NCBI GenBank assembly: GCA_036388915.1
Contig: DASVQX010000033.1
Location: forward strand, 4,755-68,754
DNA: 64,000 nucleotides
Reading direction: 5' to 3'
Source of the DNA: Pyrinomonadaceae bacterium
Lineage (GTDB): Bacteria; Acidobacteriota; Blastocatellia; Pyrinomonadales; Pyrinomonadaceae
The notes under the pieces are model-generated. The model did no database searches. It was not told the origin of the DNA and saw only the letters and a program-made list of their open reading frames with translations. Of the stretch, positions 15,813-25,713 are shown in pieces (position 1 is the stretch's first letter; the number at the start of each line of letters is the position of its first letter). A program made the translations under genes and the position numbers.

Positions 15813-18416
15813 TTACTGTGTGACCTTGAAGCGGCCGGGCGTCGTCCGCGGCCGGACGGTGCGGCCGTCTGTGGCGACGAGGTGAACCTTGTCGGCGTCG
15901 AACTGGAGGCCGGTCTCGCCGGGCGCGAGCCCCTCGACCTCGATGACGAGCAGCAGCCCCTCGCCCGTCAGCGTCCGCGCGCCGGCCGCGGGCGCGACCG
16001 AGACGACGAGCACGCCCGACGGGTCAACCGACTGCGTGACGGAGGGAGCGCCCGCCGCCTGCTCGCCGGCGAAGCCGCCCTGCGTGACCGAGCGGACGGC
16101 CAGCGCCTTCGGGTCGAACCTGAGCGTCGCGGTGGCCAGCCCCAGCGGCGCGTCCGTCTTCAGGAAGACCATCACGCGGCGCCGCTCGCCCACCTTCATC
16201 TCCTGCCGCTCCGGCATCAGCAACAGCTCCGCGAAGCTCTCTGCCGCCGAAGCGGTCGCGGCCGGCTCGGTCGCCGGACTCAGGGCGGCGGCGCTGACGG
16301 ACGCGACGTTGTTCGTCACGGCGCCCGCGGCGCCATTGTTCACGGCGGCCGGGACGGCGGAGTCGAGACTGACGTTGACGGCCTTCGCGGCCGTGGCATC
16401 CGGCTGCGCGGCCGGGTTGGAGCCGTTGCCGGCGGCGAGCGCCGCCGCGACGAGCGCCTTGGGCGCGGGGACGAAGGTCACAGCCTCGTCGGGCTGCACC
16501 TTCATCTGGACGGTCTGGTTCGTCGGCAGTGCGCGCATCTTCGCGAAGTACTCCTCGCGCTCGGCGTCGCGCAGCAGCGCTTCGAGCGAGGGCGACTGCG
16601 GCGTCTGCATCGTGCCGGTCTCCTTCGGCTCAAGGTCGGCCGGCGTGATCTCGGGCGCGCGCAGCACGCGCGGGGTCATCGTGATGACGATGTCGCTCTG
16701 CGCGTTATCCCTCTTCGGCGCGGTGAACAGGCGGCCGAGGATGGGGATGAGCCCGACGAGCGGGAGCCCCGCGCGGCCGTTGCTCTCCCTGTCCTGCGCG
16801 ATGGAGGCGATCATCATCGTCTTCCCGTTCGGGATGCGCGCCACGCCCTCGATCTTGCGCTGCGTGAAGATGGGGGTGAGCGGGTCGGGGCCGGCCGCGC
16901 GGTCCTTCGACTCGATGGTCATCGAGACCTGCACGTCCTGGTTCGGGTAGACCTTGGGCTTGAAGTCGAGGTTGAGACCCACGTCCTCGTACTGGATGAC
17001 GGGGTAGCCGCCGCTGCCGAAGACGTTGCCCGCGCCCGCGCCCTGCGACGGCGTGCCCGAGCCTTGGGTCGGGACGAGTCCGTTGTAGACGGACGCGGTC
17101 TGGACGGGCACCTTCTCGCCGACGCGCGTCGAGGACTTCTCGTCGTCGAAGGCGTGCACCTGCGTCGAGAAGAGCAGGCGCGTGTTGGTCTTGCTCTGGA
17201 AGGCCGAGAGCGACGAGGCCGGGATGAGCAGCCCGATGCCGGAGTGGAGCGAGGCCGCGCCGGCGATGAGCTGCGCGCCGCGGTTGATGACGGCCGTCGA
17301 GGCCTGGAGGCCGCCGAGGTTCGTCAGGTTCGACGCGGCGGTCGAGCTGGGCAGCGTGCCGAGCTGGTTGCCGATCTGCAAGAGGTCGCTGCGCGAGATT
17401 TCGTAGATGGAGACCTCCATCACGACCTCGGCGCGATCCTTGTCCACGCCCTGCAAGAGCTTCTCGATGATGCGGATGTTCTCGGGCGTGTCGCGCACCG
17501 TGATCGAGTTGGTCGTCGCGTTCTCGATGAACTGCGGCTGGCGGCCGGCGTTGGCCGGGAGCGCGCCCGTCAGGAGCGTGCGCGCCTCGCTGGGCTTGAT
17601 GTTGTAGAGGTAGAAGGTGCGCAGCACCAACTGCTGGTACATCGGCCGCTTCGACTGGTCGGCGACGAGGATGGTGCGGCGGTCGAGCTTCTGGAAGAAC
17701 AGCCCGTTGGCGAGGAAGACGTAGTCGAGCGCGCGCGCCGGCGTGATGTCCTTCCAGCGGATGTTGACCTGGCGCTTGACCTGCGAGAAGTTCTGGTCGA
17801 AGACGACGTTGAGGCTCAGCTCGTCGGCCAGCTTGCGGATGAAGCCTTCGAGGTCGCCGTTCCACTGGATGTTCTGTAACTGCTCGGCGCGCGCGGGCGG
17901 GCCGTCGGCCTCGGCCGCCGGGGCCGGGGCGCCCGTCGTCGGCCCGCGGTAGGAGCTGGGCATGGTGCGGGCGGTGCCGTTCGCGCCGTTCGCGCCCCCG
18001 ACGCCGTTGGCGCCCTCCTTCTCGCGCTGGAGCCGGAGCATCCTGTCCATCTCCTGCGCGGCGAGGTCGTTGACGGGGTCAAGCCCGTAAGCCTGGCGGT
18101 AGGCGTTGTAGGCGCCGATGTAGTCGTTCTGCTCGGCCAGCGCGCGACCCTTCGTCATGTAGTTCTGCGAGGCGTTGAAGACGGCGCGGCGGTAGTGGAG
18201 CTGGTACTCGGTCTCCGAGGGCGCGGTGGCGACGGCGAGCGCGAACTCCTGCGCGGCCTTCTCCCACTGCTGCGCCTTCTCGTACTCCAACCCGCGCTTG
18301 TAGTTCTTCTCGCCCTTCTTGGCCAGCACGGCCGCGGGCGAGGCGAGGAGCACGGCCACCATCAAGAGCGCCGCGAAGCGGCGCGCCGGGGCGAATGACT
18401 TCATTACTGACCTCAC
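15813..18416 (-). CDS. gspD: Secretin (GspD/PilQ family) with N-terminal TPR-like region and C-terminal cohesin-like domain
   Basis: 867 aa with a signal peptide. The TPR-like stretch is YKRGLEYEKAQQWEKAAQEFALAV..GRALAEQNDYIGAYNAYRQAYGLDP. The secretin core ends GLPLVGLIPILGRLFTAPKRDNAQSDIVITMTPRVL. The C-terminal ~140 aa (MKVGERRRVMVFLKTDAPLGLATATLRFDPKALAV..GLLLVIEVEGLAPGETGLQFD) fits a cohesin beta-sandwich pattern. Confidence 0.85.
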   Translation of the reverse strand: MRSVMKSFAPARRFAALLMVAVLLASPAAVLAKKGEKNYKRGLEYEKAQQWEKAAQEFALAVATAPSETEYQLHYRRAVFNASQNYMTKGRALAEQNDYIGAYNAYRQAYGLDPVNDLAAQEMDRMLRLQREKEGANGVGGANGANGTARTMPSSYRGPTTGAPAPAAEADGPPARAEQLQNIQWNGDLEGFIRKLADELSLNVVFDQNFSQVKRQVNIRWKDITPARALDYVFLANGLFFQKLDRRTILVADQSKRPMYQQLVLRTFYLYNIKPSEARTLLTGALPANAGRQPQFIENATTNSITVRDTPENIRIIEKLLQGVDKDRAEVVMEVSIYEISRSDLLQIGNQLGTLPSSTAASNLTNLGGLQASTAVINRGAQLIAGAASLHSGIGLLIPASSLSAFQSKTNTRLLFSTQVHAFDDEKSSTRVGEKVPVQTASVYNGLVPTQGSGTPSQGAGAGNVFGSGGYPVIQYEDVGLNLDFKPKVYPNQDVQVSMTIESKDRAAGPDPLTPIFTQRKIEGVARIPNGKTMMIASIAQDRESNGRAGLPLVGLIPILGRLFTAPKRDNAQSDIVITMTPRVLRAPEITPADLEPKETGTMQTPQSPSLEALLRDAEREEYFAKMRALPTNQTVQMKVQPDEAVTFVPAPKALVAAALAAGNGSNPAAQPDATAAKAVNVSLDSAVPAAVNNGAAGAVTNNVASVSAAALSPATEPAATASAAESFAELLLMPERQEMKVGERRRVMVFLKTDAPLGLATATLRFDPKALAVRSVTQGGFAGEQAAGAPSVTQSVDPSGVLVVSVAPAAGARTLTGEGLLLVIEVEGLAPGETGLQFDADKVHLVATDGRTVRPRTTPGRFKVTQ

Positions 18417-18679
18417 TTAACTTTATTCCTTAATACCCGGAGTCGGCTGCTGACGCCGGGTTGCGTTCTGGCCGGTCTGGTCGGGGAGTGGCCGGAAACT
18501 GTCGCGCGCGCGAGGACTTCGACGATTCGGGCCCCGCGCGGCGCCGAACCGACGGCGGCGCGAAAGCCGCCAGCCCGCGCCCCCTCGGGGAAGCGCCGCC
18601 CCACCAGGTTCAGCCTTTACACGCCGGGGCGTAAATAATAGTTCCTTAAAGGCGGACGGACAAGTTAGCAGGCCGCCGG

Positions 18680-20422
18680 CTATTTCCCGTTCGCCGTGAC
18701 GACCCCGTCGCCATTCATCTTGACCTCTTCGACGAAGGTGACGCGGTTGATTTCGTGGAGCGTCGAGGTGCCGGCGAAGACCTTCTCCAGCGCCGCCTCG
18801 CGCAAAGACCGCAGCCCCTCGGCCTCGGCCGCGCGCCTGACCTCGGAGCCGGGCCTCCGCTCGATGATCATCTCGCGGATGTTGTCCGACATGTTCAGCA
18901 GCTCGTGGATGGCCGTCCGGCCGCGGTAGCCCGTGTGGTTGCAGGCGTCGCAGCCGACGCTCATGTAGAACGTGCGTTGGCCGTGCTCAGAGGGCTTCAG
19001 CCCCGACTCCATCAACTCCTCGTCGCTCGGCTGGTACGGGCGCTTGCAGACGGCGCAGAGCATGCGCGTGAGGCGCTGGGCGAGCACGCAGTTCAAGCTG
19101 GAGACGAAGTTGTAAGGCTCCACGCCCATGTTGAGGAAGCGGCCGATCACGTCGATGACGTTGTTGGCGTGGACGGTCGTGAAGACGAGGTGGCCCGTCA
19201 AGGCCGACTGGATGGCGATCTGCGCCGTCTCGTTGTCGCGGATTTCGCCGACCATGATCTTGTCGGGGTCGTGGCGCAGGATCGAGCGCAGGCCGCGCGC
19301 GAACGTCAGCCCCTTCTTCTCGTTGACGGGAATCTGCGTGACCCCGTGGAGCTGGTACTCGACCGGGTCTTCGATGGTAATGATCTTGTCTTCCTCGTTC
19401 CGAATCTCGTTCAAGCCCGCGTAGAGCGTGGTCGTCTTGCCCGACCCCGTCGGCCCCGTGACGAGCACCATGCCGTAAGGCTCGGCGATGTAGCGGCGGA
19501 AGTCGCGCAGGTCGCGCGGGAGGAAGCCGACCACGTCGAGCGTCAGGTTGCGGAACTGCTCGTTGATCTGCTCCTTGTCGAGGATACGGATGACGCAGTC
19601 TTCGCCGTGGACGGTCGGCATGATGGAGACGCGGAAGTCCACGTTGCGCCCCTTGTAGCGGACGCGGAAGCGGCCGTCCTGCGGGATGCGGCGCTCGGCG
19701 ATGTCGAGCTCCGACATGACCTTGATGCGCGAGATGAGCGTCTGGTGGTAGGAGATGTCGATGGGCTCGACCTTCTCGTAGAGCGCGCCGTCGATGCGGT
19801 ACTTGACGTGGACGGCCGTGTCGCGCGTCTCGATGTGGATGTCGGAGGAGCGCGACTCCATCGCGTTGTAGATGATGGTATCGACCAGCTTGATGATGGG
19901 CGACATGTCCGAGTCTGTCGCCAGCCGGTCGAGGTCTAAGACCTCTTCGCCCTGCTCGGTCTCCTTCACGAGCGCGATGCGGAAGCCCGAGGCGGCCTCT
20001 TGCAGGACGCGCTGCGTGGCGTCGCCCTTGCGGAGCACGACTTCAATCGCGCCGGAGGTCGCGACGTGCGGGACGACGCGCGCGTGCAAGGCCGAGGCGA
20101 TCTCGTCCAACCTCTCAAGGTCGGTCGGGTCGGCCATCGCGATGTGGAGCCGGCGCCCCTCGCGCCTCAGGGGCACGAAGAGGTGGCGCAGCATCAGATC
20201 GACGGGAATCTCGCCGAGGAGCGCGTAGTCAATCGGCGAGTCACCCACCGGCGGGAGCAAATCCACGTAAGGCAGCCGGTAGCGGCGCGCGAGCGCGAGC
20301 GCGGCGCGCACCTCGGGCGGGGTGTGGCCGTCGCCGCCGTCGGGGCCGGCGGTCTCCGCGCCGTGCGGCGCGGGCGTCTGTGTGGGCGCGGCCGCTTGGG
20401 CCTGGTTCTCCGTTTGACTCAT
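18680..20422 (-). CDS. gspE: Type II secretion / type IV pilus assembly ATPase (GspE/PilB family)
   Basis: Walker A VTGPTGSGKTTTLYAGL, Asp/His boxes (IMVGEIRD, GHLVFTTVHAN) and a tetracysteine motif CAVCK..CDAC. Confidence 0.9.
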   Translation of the reverse strand: MSQTENQAQAAAPTQTPAPHGAETAGPDGGDGHTPPEVRAALALARRYRLPYVDLLPPVGDSPIDYALLGEIPVDLMLRHLFVPLRREGRRLHIAMADPTDLERLDEIASALHARVVPHVATSGAIEVVLRKGDATQRVLQEAASGFRIALVKETEQGEEVLDLDRLATDSDMSPIIKLVDTIIYNAMESRSSDIHIETRDTAVHVKYRIDGALYEKVEPIDISYHQTLISRIKVMSELDIAERRIPQDGRFRVRYKGRNVDFRVSIMPTVHGEDCVIRILDKEQINEQFRNLTLDVVGFLPRDLRDFRRYIAEPYGMVLVTGPTGSGKTTTLYAGLNEIRNEEDKIITIEDPVEYQLHGVTQIPVNEKKGLTFARGLRSILRHDPDKIMVGEIRDNETAQIAIQSALTGHLVFTTVHANNVIDVIGRFLNMGVEPYNFVSSLNCVLAQRLTRMLCAVCKRPYQPSDEELMESGLKPSEHGQRTFYMSVGCDACNHTGYRGRTAIHELLNMSDNIREMIIERRPGSEVRRAAEAEGLRSLREAALEKVFAGTSTLHEINRVTFVEEVKMNGDGVVTANGK

Positions 20423-20467
20423 CAGCTTTTTCAGATGCCTCAGACCGGGCGGGGGATTGCCTCGGGG

Positions 20468-21700
20468 CTAACTGCGGAAACTCAAATTCGAGATGGACTG
20501 GATGATCGGCAGGTAGATCGAGAGCAGGATCGTGACCACGACCCCGCCCATTACCAGCAGGATGGCGGGCTCCAACACGGTCGTCAACTGTTCGAGCCTG
20601 ACCTCGGACTCGCGGTCGTGGAAGTCCGCGACCTCTTCGAGCATCTCGCGAAGACTTCCCGAGCGCTCGCCCACCCCGATCATGTCGAGCGCGAGAAGCG
20701 GAATCCACCCGGCCGACTCAAGGCTCTCGGTGAACGAGCGCCCCTCGCGAATCATCGGCAGCGTGGCGGAACTGCGCGCCCGCAGCTCCTTGTTGGTGAT
20801 GGACTCGGCGGCGATCTCCCACGACTCGACGAGCGTGATGCCGCCCGCCAGGAGCGTCGCCAGAGAGCGCGTCATCTGCGCGACGGCGAGCTGGCGGATG
20901 AGCTGGTTGACGATGGGGAGTTGGAGCAGGAAGCGGTCGAGCGCGAGGCCGCCCGAGGGCGTCCGCGTCCAGACGTAGAGCGCGACGCCTCCGATGAGGA
21001 CCGACGGCACCAGCCACCAGAAGTTCCCCGAGGCGAAGTGCGAGACGGCGATGACGGTCTTCGTCACGGCGGGCAGCTCGCGGTTGAAGCCCTCGAAGAG
21101 CGAGGACATCTTCGGCACGACGTAGACGGTCAAAAACATGACCATCCCCATCGACGCCGCGAGCAGGAAGAGCGGGTAGGCGAGCGCCCCGCGAATCTTC
21201 CGGCGTATCTCGACGCTGCGGCGCATGTAGGCGACGTAGCGCGACAGCACCTCGTCGAGCGCGCCCGAGCGCTCGCCCGCCAGCACCGAGGCCGTGTAGA
21301 TGCGCGGGAAGATGGGACCCTGCGCGGCGAAGGCCGACGAGAGTGCCATCCCCGAGCGAATCTTGTCCTCCACGTCGGCGAGCACGGCCTTCAGGCGCGA
21401 GGACGAGGCGCGCCGCCGGAGCATGGCGATGGCCTGGAGGATGGGGATGCCCGCGCGGAGGATGGCCGAGAGCTGCTGGTTGAAGATGAGAAAGTCGCCC
21501 GGCTTGACGCGCGGGGTGGTGCCCCCCTTGCCGCCGCGCGTGACGCCGGCGAGGCCCGCCACCCTCGGCGGCGCCACCGAGAAGACGCGGAAGCCCTCGG
21601 CCTCCAGCCGCACGCGCGCCTCGGCCGCGCCCGCGGCCTCGACCGTGCGCGTCACGACTTCGCCCGCGGGCGTCCCTAAACGACAGATGAACTCGGCCAC
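20468..21700 (-). CDS. gspF: Type II secretion / type IV pilus inner-membrane platform protein (GspF/PilC family)
   Basis: 410 aa with duplicated T2SSF-type domains (FNQQLSAILRAGIPILQAI.. and ..TRSLATLLAGGITLVESWEI) and 3 TM segments. Confidence 0.9.
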   Translation of the reverse strand: MAEFICRLGTPAGEVVTRTVEAAGAAEARVRLEAEGFRVFSVAPPRVAGLAGVTRGGKGGTTPRVKPGDFLIFNQQLSAILRAGIPILQAIAMLRRRASSSRLKAVLADVEDKIRSGMALSSAFAAQGPIFPRIYTASVLAGERSGALDEVLSRYVAYMRRSVEIRRKIRGALAYPLFLLAASMGMVMFLTVYVVPKMSSLFEGFNRELPAVTKTVIAVSHFASGNFWWLVPSVLIGGVALYVWTRTPSGGLALDRFLLQLPIVNQLIRQLAVAQMTRSLATLLAGGITLVESWEIAAESITNKELRARSSATLPMIREGRSFTESLESAGWIPLLALDMIGVGERSGSLREMLEEVADFHDRESEVRLEQLTTVLEPAILLVMGGVVVTILLSIYLPIIQSISNLSFRS

Positions 21701-22118
21701 TTCTTTCTTTTCTTCCCCGGAAGGTTGGCGCCTCGGCGGCCCCGGCGGGTAAGGCCCGGCGCGCCCGAACTTGGCGAATTATAACACGACGCCGGGCGCT
21801 CCTCACGCCGCCGCGCGCCGCGCAACTCCCTTACACGCCCGCGCCCCGGCGAAGTTTCGCGGAGATATATTCGTGAGAAAGTCGAAACCGAGATGTTTGT
21901 TGCGCCCGCCGCCGGGCGTGTCCTACAATGAGCCCGCGAAGGAAAAGGAAGTCTCCCCGTCTTCCGCGACTTTACCGCGAACAACCTTTGGGGCGCGTAC
22001 GGCCGTCAAACCGGCATCGCGCGTAGTCCAGCAGGAAGCCCCGCCGGAGTCCTCCCGGCACGGGGCCGCCCGACTCCCCTTTCCCGGTTCGCACCTGACG
22101 CCTTGCAGGAGGGTTCCC

Positions 22119-23252
22119 ATGACGGCCCGGCGCTCCGACGGTTTTATCAAAGTCGCGCTCGTCCATTTCCTCTTCGCCGCCGCGCTCGCGCTGGCCGCAC
22201 ACGGTCCCGCGAGCGCGCAGCCCGGCCAGAGGCCCGAGCCGCGCCCCTCGGCCGAGCCGGCGAAGACGCCCGAGCAGGCGACGCCGCCGGCCGCGCCCGG
22301 GCCGTCGAGGACGGCGGTGCCGGCCGCCAACGGCCGCGCCAGCTCCGCCTCGCCGCAGCCGGACGCCTCGGCCATCGGCCCCGTCGTCACGCCGATGGTG
22401 GACGACACCAAGCCCGTCATCGTCCACTCCGACCTCATCACGCTGACCGTCACCGTCACCGACACCTACGGCCGCTTCGTGACGGGCCTCGGCAAGAACG
22501 CCTTCACCATCTTCGACGAGAAGACGCAGCAGGAGATCAGCTTCTTCTCGGACGAGGACGCGCCCGTCTCGCTCGGCGTCGTCTTCGACGTGTCGGGGTC
22601 GATGGGCGGCGACAAGATCATGCGCGCGCGCGAGGCGCTCTCGAAGTTCGTGGACACCAGCCACGCGCGCGACGAGTACTTCCTCATCGGCTTTAACAGC
22701 CGCGCCCAACTCCTCTTAGACCACACGCGCGACAGCGACGCGCTGATGCAGAAGCTGACCTTCATCAACACGCGCGGCCAGACCGCGCTCTACGACGCCA
22801 CCTACCTCGGCGTCGAGCGCGTGACGCGCGGCGCGCACAAGAAGCGCGCCATCCTGCTCATCTCCGACGGGCAGGACAACAGCTCGCGCTACACCTTCTC
22901 GGAGCTGAAGCGGCTCCTGAAGGAGTCGGACGTGATCATCTACGCCATCGGCATCGTCGGCGCGGGCGATGACTCGCAGCTCGGCTACGGCGGCCGCGCC
23001 ATCCTCGAAGAGCTGGCGGGCGTCTCGGGCGGCAAGGCGTTCTTCCCCTCGACGGGCGCCGAGATGAACGACACCTTCGAGCGCATCGCGCTCGAACTAC
23101 GCACGCAGTACTCGATAGGCTACCGCCCGTCCGCCTTCGCCAACGACGGCAAGTGGCACAAGCTCAAGATCAAGGTGCAGCCGCCGCGCGGCTTCCCGAA
23201 GCTGTTCGTCCGCGGCCGCGAGGGCTACTTCGCCACCGCCACACCGAAGTAG
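22119..23252 (+). CDS. Secreted von Willebrand factor A domain protein (VWFA-related acidobacterial type)
   Basis: Internal ATG at 22119 preceded by gcaggaggg. Signal peptide MTARRSDGFIKVALVHFLFAAALALAAHGPASAQ and a Pro/Ala linker. The N-domain is DLITLTVTVTDTYGRFVTGLGKNAFTIFDEKTQQEISFF. The vWA MIDAS is VFDVSGSM..; ..LISDGQDNSS. Confidence 0.8.
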   Translation: MTARRSDGFIKVALVHFLFAAALALAAHGPASAQPGQRPEPRPSAEPAKTPEQATPPAAPGPSRTAVPAANGRASSASPQPDASAIGPVVTPMVDDTKPVIVHSDLITLTVTVTDTYGRFVTGLGKNAFTIFDEKTQQEISFFSDEDAPVSLGVVFDVSGSMGGDKIMRAREALSKFVDTSHARDEYFLIGFNSRAQLLLDHTRDSDALMQKLTFINTRGQTALYDATYLGVERVTRGAHKKRAILLISDGQDNSSRYTFSELKRLLKESDVIIYAIGIVGAGDDSQLGYGGRAILEELAGVSGGKAFFPSTGAEMNDTFERIALELRTQYSIGYRPSAFANDGKWHKLKIKVQPPRGFPKLFVRGREGYFATATPK

Positions 23253-23428
23253 GCGCGGCGGCGCCGGCCGCCTGTTTAACGGCAACGCGCGCCCCCAAAG
23301 GGGCATCTTTAAGAGTGCCGCGCGGGGGCCGGCCCGGGGCGGCGCGGTCGATTTACAGGCTTTATAGCTCTTTGCCCCGGCCACGCGGAGCCTGCGCCCG
23401 CGAAGGCGAGACAGGCCCGAAAGGTCTA

Positions 23429-23480
23429 CGCCCCGCGCCCCCGCCTCATCCAAAGGGCGGGACGCGCGGGGCGGCTTTTT
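23429..23480 (+). terminator. Putative intrinsic terminator after the first vWA gene
   Basis: Imperfect GC stem (ccccgcg/cgcgggg and cccgcc/ggcggg) followed by cggcttttt. Confidence 0.45.
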
Positions 23481-23492
23481 AGAGGGACGAAG

Positions 23493-24785
23493 ATGAGACG
23501 AAGTGAGTTTTCATACGGGGCGGGTGGCGCGCGGCTCGCGGCCGCGCTGCTCGTCTTGACGGCGCTGGCGGCGTCTCTCGTGCCGGCGTCGAGCGCGCGC
23601 CAGCAGCAGCAGCAGGGGCGCCCGCGCCGCGCCGTCACTCCGGCGAACAGCGCGACGGCGCAGACGACGCAGCCCGCGCCGCAGCAGACGCCCGCGCAGC
23701 CGCGCCAGACGCCCACGCCCACGCCGTCCGTCGCGCCGCAGCAGACCGGCGCGCCGCCCAAGCTTCGCACGCAGCCCACGGCCGCGCCCGACGACCCGGC
23801 CGAAGACCCCAACCAGGAAGTAGACCCCGACGAGGTCGTCAAAATCGACACCAGCCTCGTCAACCTCCACGTCCGCGTCGTGGATCGCAACAACCGTCCC
23901 ATCAACGACGTGGCCGACGCCGACTTCCGCGTCTTCGAGAACGGCGTCCAGCAGCAGGTGCAGTTCGTTGACCGCGAGGAGGTGCCCATCACCTACGGCC
24001 TCGTCGTCGATAACTCCGGCTCCCTGCGCAGCCAGATCGGGCAGGTCGTCGAGGCCGGCAAGACCATCATCGCCAGCAACAAGCCGGGCGACGAGGCTTT
24101 CGTCGTCCGCTTCATCGCCTCCGACGAGATTAAAATCCTTCAGGACTTCACCGCCGACAGGCAGGCGCTCGGCGACGCCCTGGACGACATGTTCATCGAG
24201 GGCGGGCAGACCGCCGTCATCGACGCCGTCTACCTCGCGGCCGAGCACACGGCCGAGCGGCGCAAGGGCGACCCCGTCGAGGACAAGCGCCGCCGCGCGC
24301 TCATCCTCGTCACCGACGGCGAAGACCGCAACAGCTTCTACAAGCAGGAGCAGCTCTTCGAGGCGATGAAAGAGCAGGACGTTCAGATTTTCGTCATCGG
24401 CTTCGTCAACGAGCTTGAGAAGGAGCGCGGCTTCATCTCGAAGTCGAAGCGGCAGAAGGCCGTCGATCTGCTCGACAAGATGGCGCGCGAGACGGGCGGC
24501 CGCACCTTCTACCCGACCTCTCTCTCGGAGCTGCCCGGCATCGCCGAGCAGATCACGAAAGACCTCCGCACGCAGTACGTCATCGGCTACAAGCCGGCGG
24601 CGGCGGGCCGCCCCGGCGAGTTCCGCCCCGTGCGCGTGGCGGTCAGCGACGGGCGCGGCGGCGAGAAGCGCATCGCGGTGACGCGCACCGGCTACACGGC
24701 GCGTCCGGGGCAGGGCGCGCCGCCCCAGCCGCAGAAGCCCGCGGCCGGGCAGACGAACAGGCAGCCCGCCGGCGGGAGACCCTAG
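23493..24785 (+). CDS. Secreted von Willebrand factor A domain protein, paralog 2
   Basis: It has a signal peptide and a Gln/Pro/Thr-rich linker. The N-domain SLVNLHVRVVDRNNRPINDVADADFRVFENGVQQQVQFV and vWA VVDNSGSL..LVTDGEDRNS are both paralogous to the 22119-23252 gene. Confidence 0.85.
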   Translation: MRRSEFSYGAGGARLAAALLVLTALAASLVPASSARQQQQQGRPRRAVTPANSATAQTTQPAPQQTPAQPRQTPTPTPSVAPQQTGAPPKLRTQPTAAPDDPAEDPNQEVDPDEVVKIDTSLVNLHVRVVDRNNRPINDVADADFRVFENGVQQQVQFVDREEVPITYGLVVDNSGSLRSQIGQVVEAGKTIIASNKPGDEAFVVRFIASDEIKILQDFTADRQALGDALDDMFIEGGQTAVIDAVYLAAEHTAERRKGDPVEDKRRRALILVTDGEDRNSFYKQEQLFEAMKEQDVQIFVIGFVNELEKERGFISKSKRQKAVDLLDKMARETGGRTFYPTSLSELPGIAEQITKDLRTQYVIGYKPAAAGRPGEFRPVRVAVSDGRGGEKRIAVTRTGYTARPGQGAPPQPQKPAAGQTNRQPAGGRP

Positions 24786-25655
24786 ATGGCGGTAGACCCC
24801 ACGGTGCTCGAAGAGATCAAGTTCTTCAGGCTGCTCGGCGCGGAAGACCGCCGCGCGCTGGCGGAAGTCGTAGACCTCGTACACCTCGGGCAACAACAGA
24901 CTCTCTTCCGGGCGGGCGAGCCGGGGGAGAGTCTTTACTTCGTGCGCGCGGGCGAGGTCGATCTCTTCATCATCGACAACGTCGGGCAGAAGATCACGCT
25001 CGACACGGCGCGCGCCGGCGACTTCTTCGGCGAGATCGCGCTCTTAGACGTCGGGGCGCGGACGGCGACGGCCGTCGCGCTCGCCGACGCGGAGCTGGTC
25101 GAGCTCGACCGCGACGACCTGCTCCTGCTCTTCGGCCGCAAGCCCGACGCGGCGCTCCACATGCTGGCGGCGATGGGGCGGATGACGCGCAAGGCCGACC
25201 AACTCCTGCGCACGCGCGTCTCGCGCAACGTCAACACGGAGGTCGAGGGGAGCGCGACCCTCGTCCAGCGCATCGCCGACTGGCTCGCGTGGTTCTCCGG
25301 CAGCATGGTCTTCCTCCTCATCCACGCGCTCTGGTTCGGCGTCTGGATCGCGCTCAACGTCGGCCTCGTCAACATCCCCGGCCTCTCCGGCTTCGACCCC
25401 TTCCCCTTCGGCCTGCTGACGATGATCGTCTCGCTCGAAGCCATCTTCCTCTCCACCTTCGTCCTCATCAGCGCGAACCGGCAGGCCGAGAAGGAGAAGG
25501 TGCGGGACGACATCGAGTACGACGTAAACATCAAGGCCGAGAGGGAGGTCGCGCACCTGCACGAGAAGACCGCCCACATCCACGAGGAGATGTTGCGGCG
25601 CTTCAACGACCTCGAAAAGCTCCTCGCGCGCCGCTCCGAGGAGGAGAAAGTCTAG
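24786..25655 (+). CDS. Cyclic-nucleotide-binding domain fused to DUF1003 membrane domain
   Basis: cNMP-binding signature GDFFGEIALLDVGARTATAVA. The DUF1003-like part is IADWLAWFSGSMVFLLIHALWFGVWIALN..FDPFPFGLLTMIVSLEAIFLSTFVLISANRQ. Its ATG directly abuts the TAG of the preceding gene. Confidence 0.8.
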   Translation: MAVDPTVLEEIKFFRLLGAEDRRALAEVVDLVHLGQQQTLFRAGEPGESLYFVRAGEVDLFIIDNVGQKITLDTARAGDFFGEIALLDVGARTATAVALADAELVELDRDDLLLLFGRKPDAALHMLAAMGRMTRKADQLLRTRVSRNVNTEVEGSATLVQRIADWLAWFSGSMVFLLIHALWFGVWIALNVGLVNIPGLSGFDPFPFGLLTMIVSLEAIFLSTFVLISANRQAEKEKVRDDIEYDVNIKAEREVAHLHEKTAHIHEEMLRRFNDLEKLLARRSEEEKV

Positions 25656-25713
25656 CCCCGCCCGCTCCGTCCATGCTTCGGCGCGCGCCCGCGCCGTTGT
25701 AAAATACCTGACC

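Noticed and set aside
15540-17879. 779-aa plus-strand ORF antisense to the secretin, with similar long antisense ORFs at 25603-26943, 36499-38187, 44054-45949, 47194-48441 and 53160-54767
   Set aside because: All are Arg/Ala/Gly-rich and motif-free. Each is opposite a gene with strong family signatures.
18558-18572. Sigma-54-like -24/-12 element (TGGCGGCTTTCGCGC on the minus strand) in the 263-nt gspE-secretin gap
   Set aside because: Only the GG-N10-GC skeleton matches and the flanking consensus positions do not. No enhancer-binding protein gene is nearby, so support is too weak.
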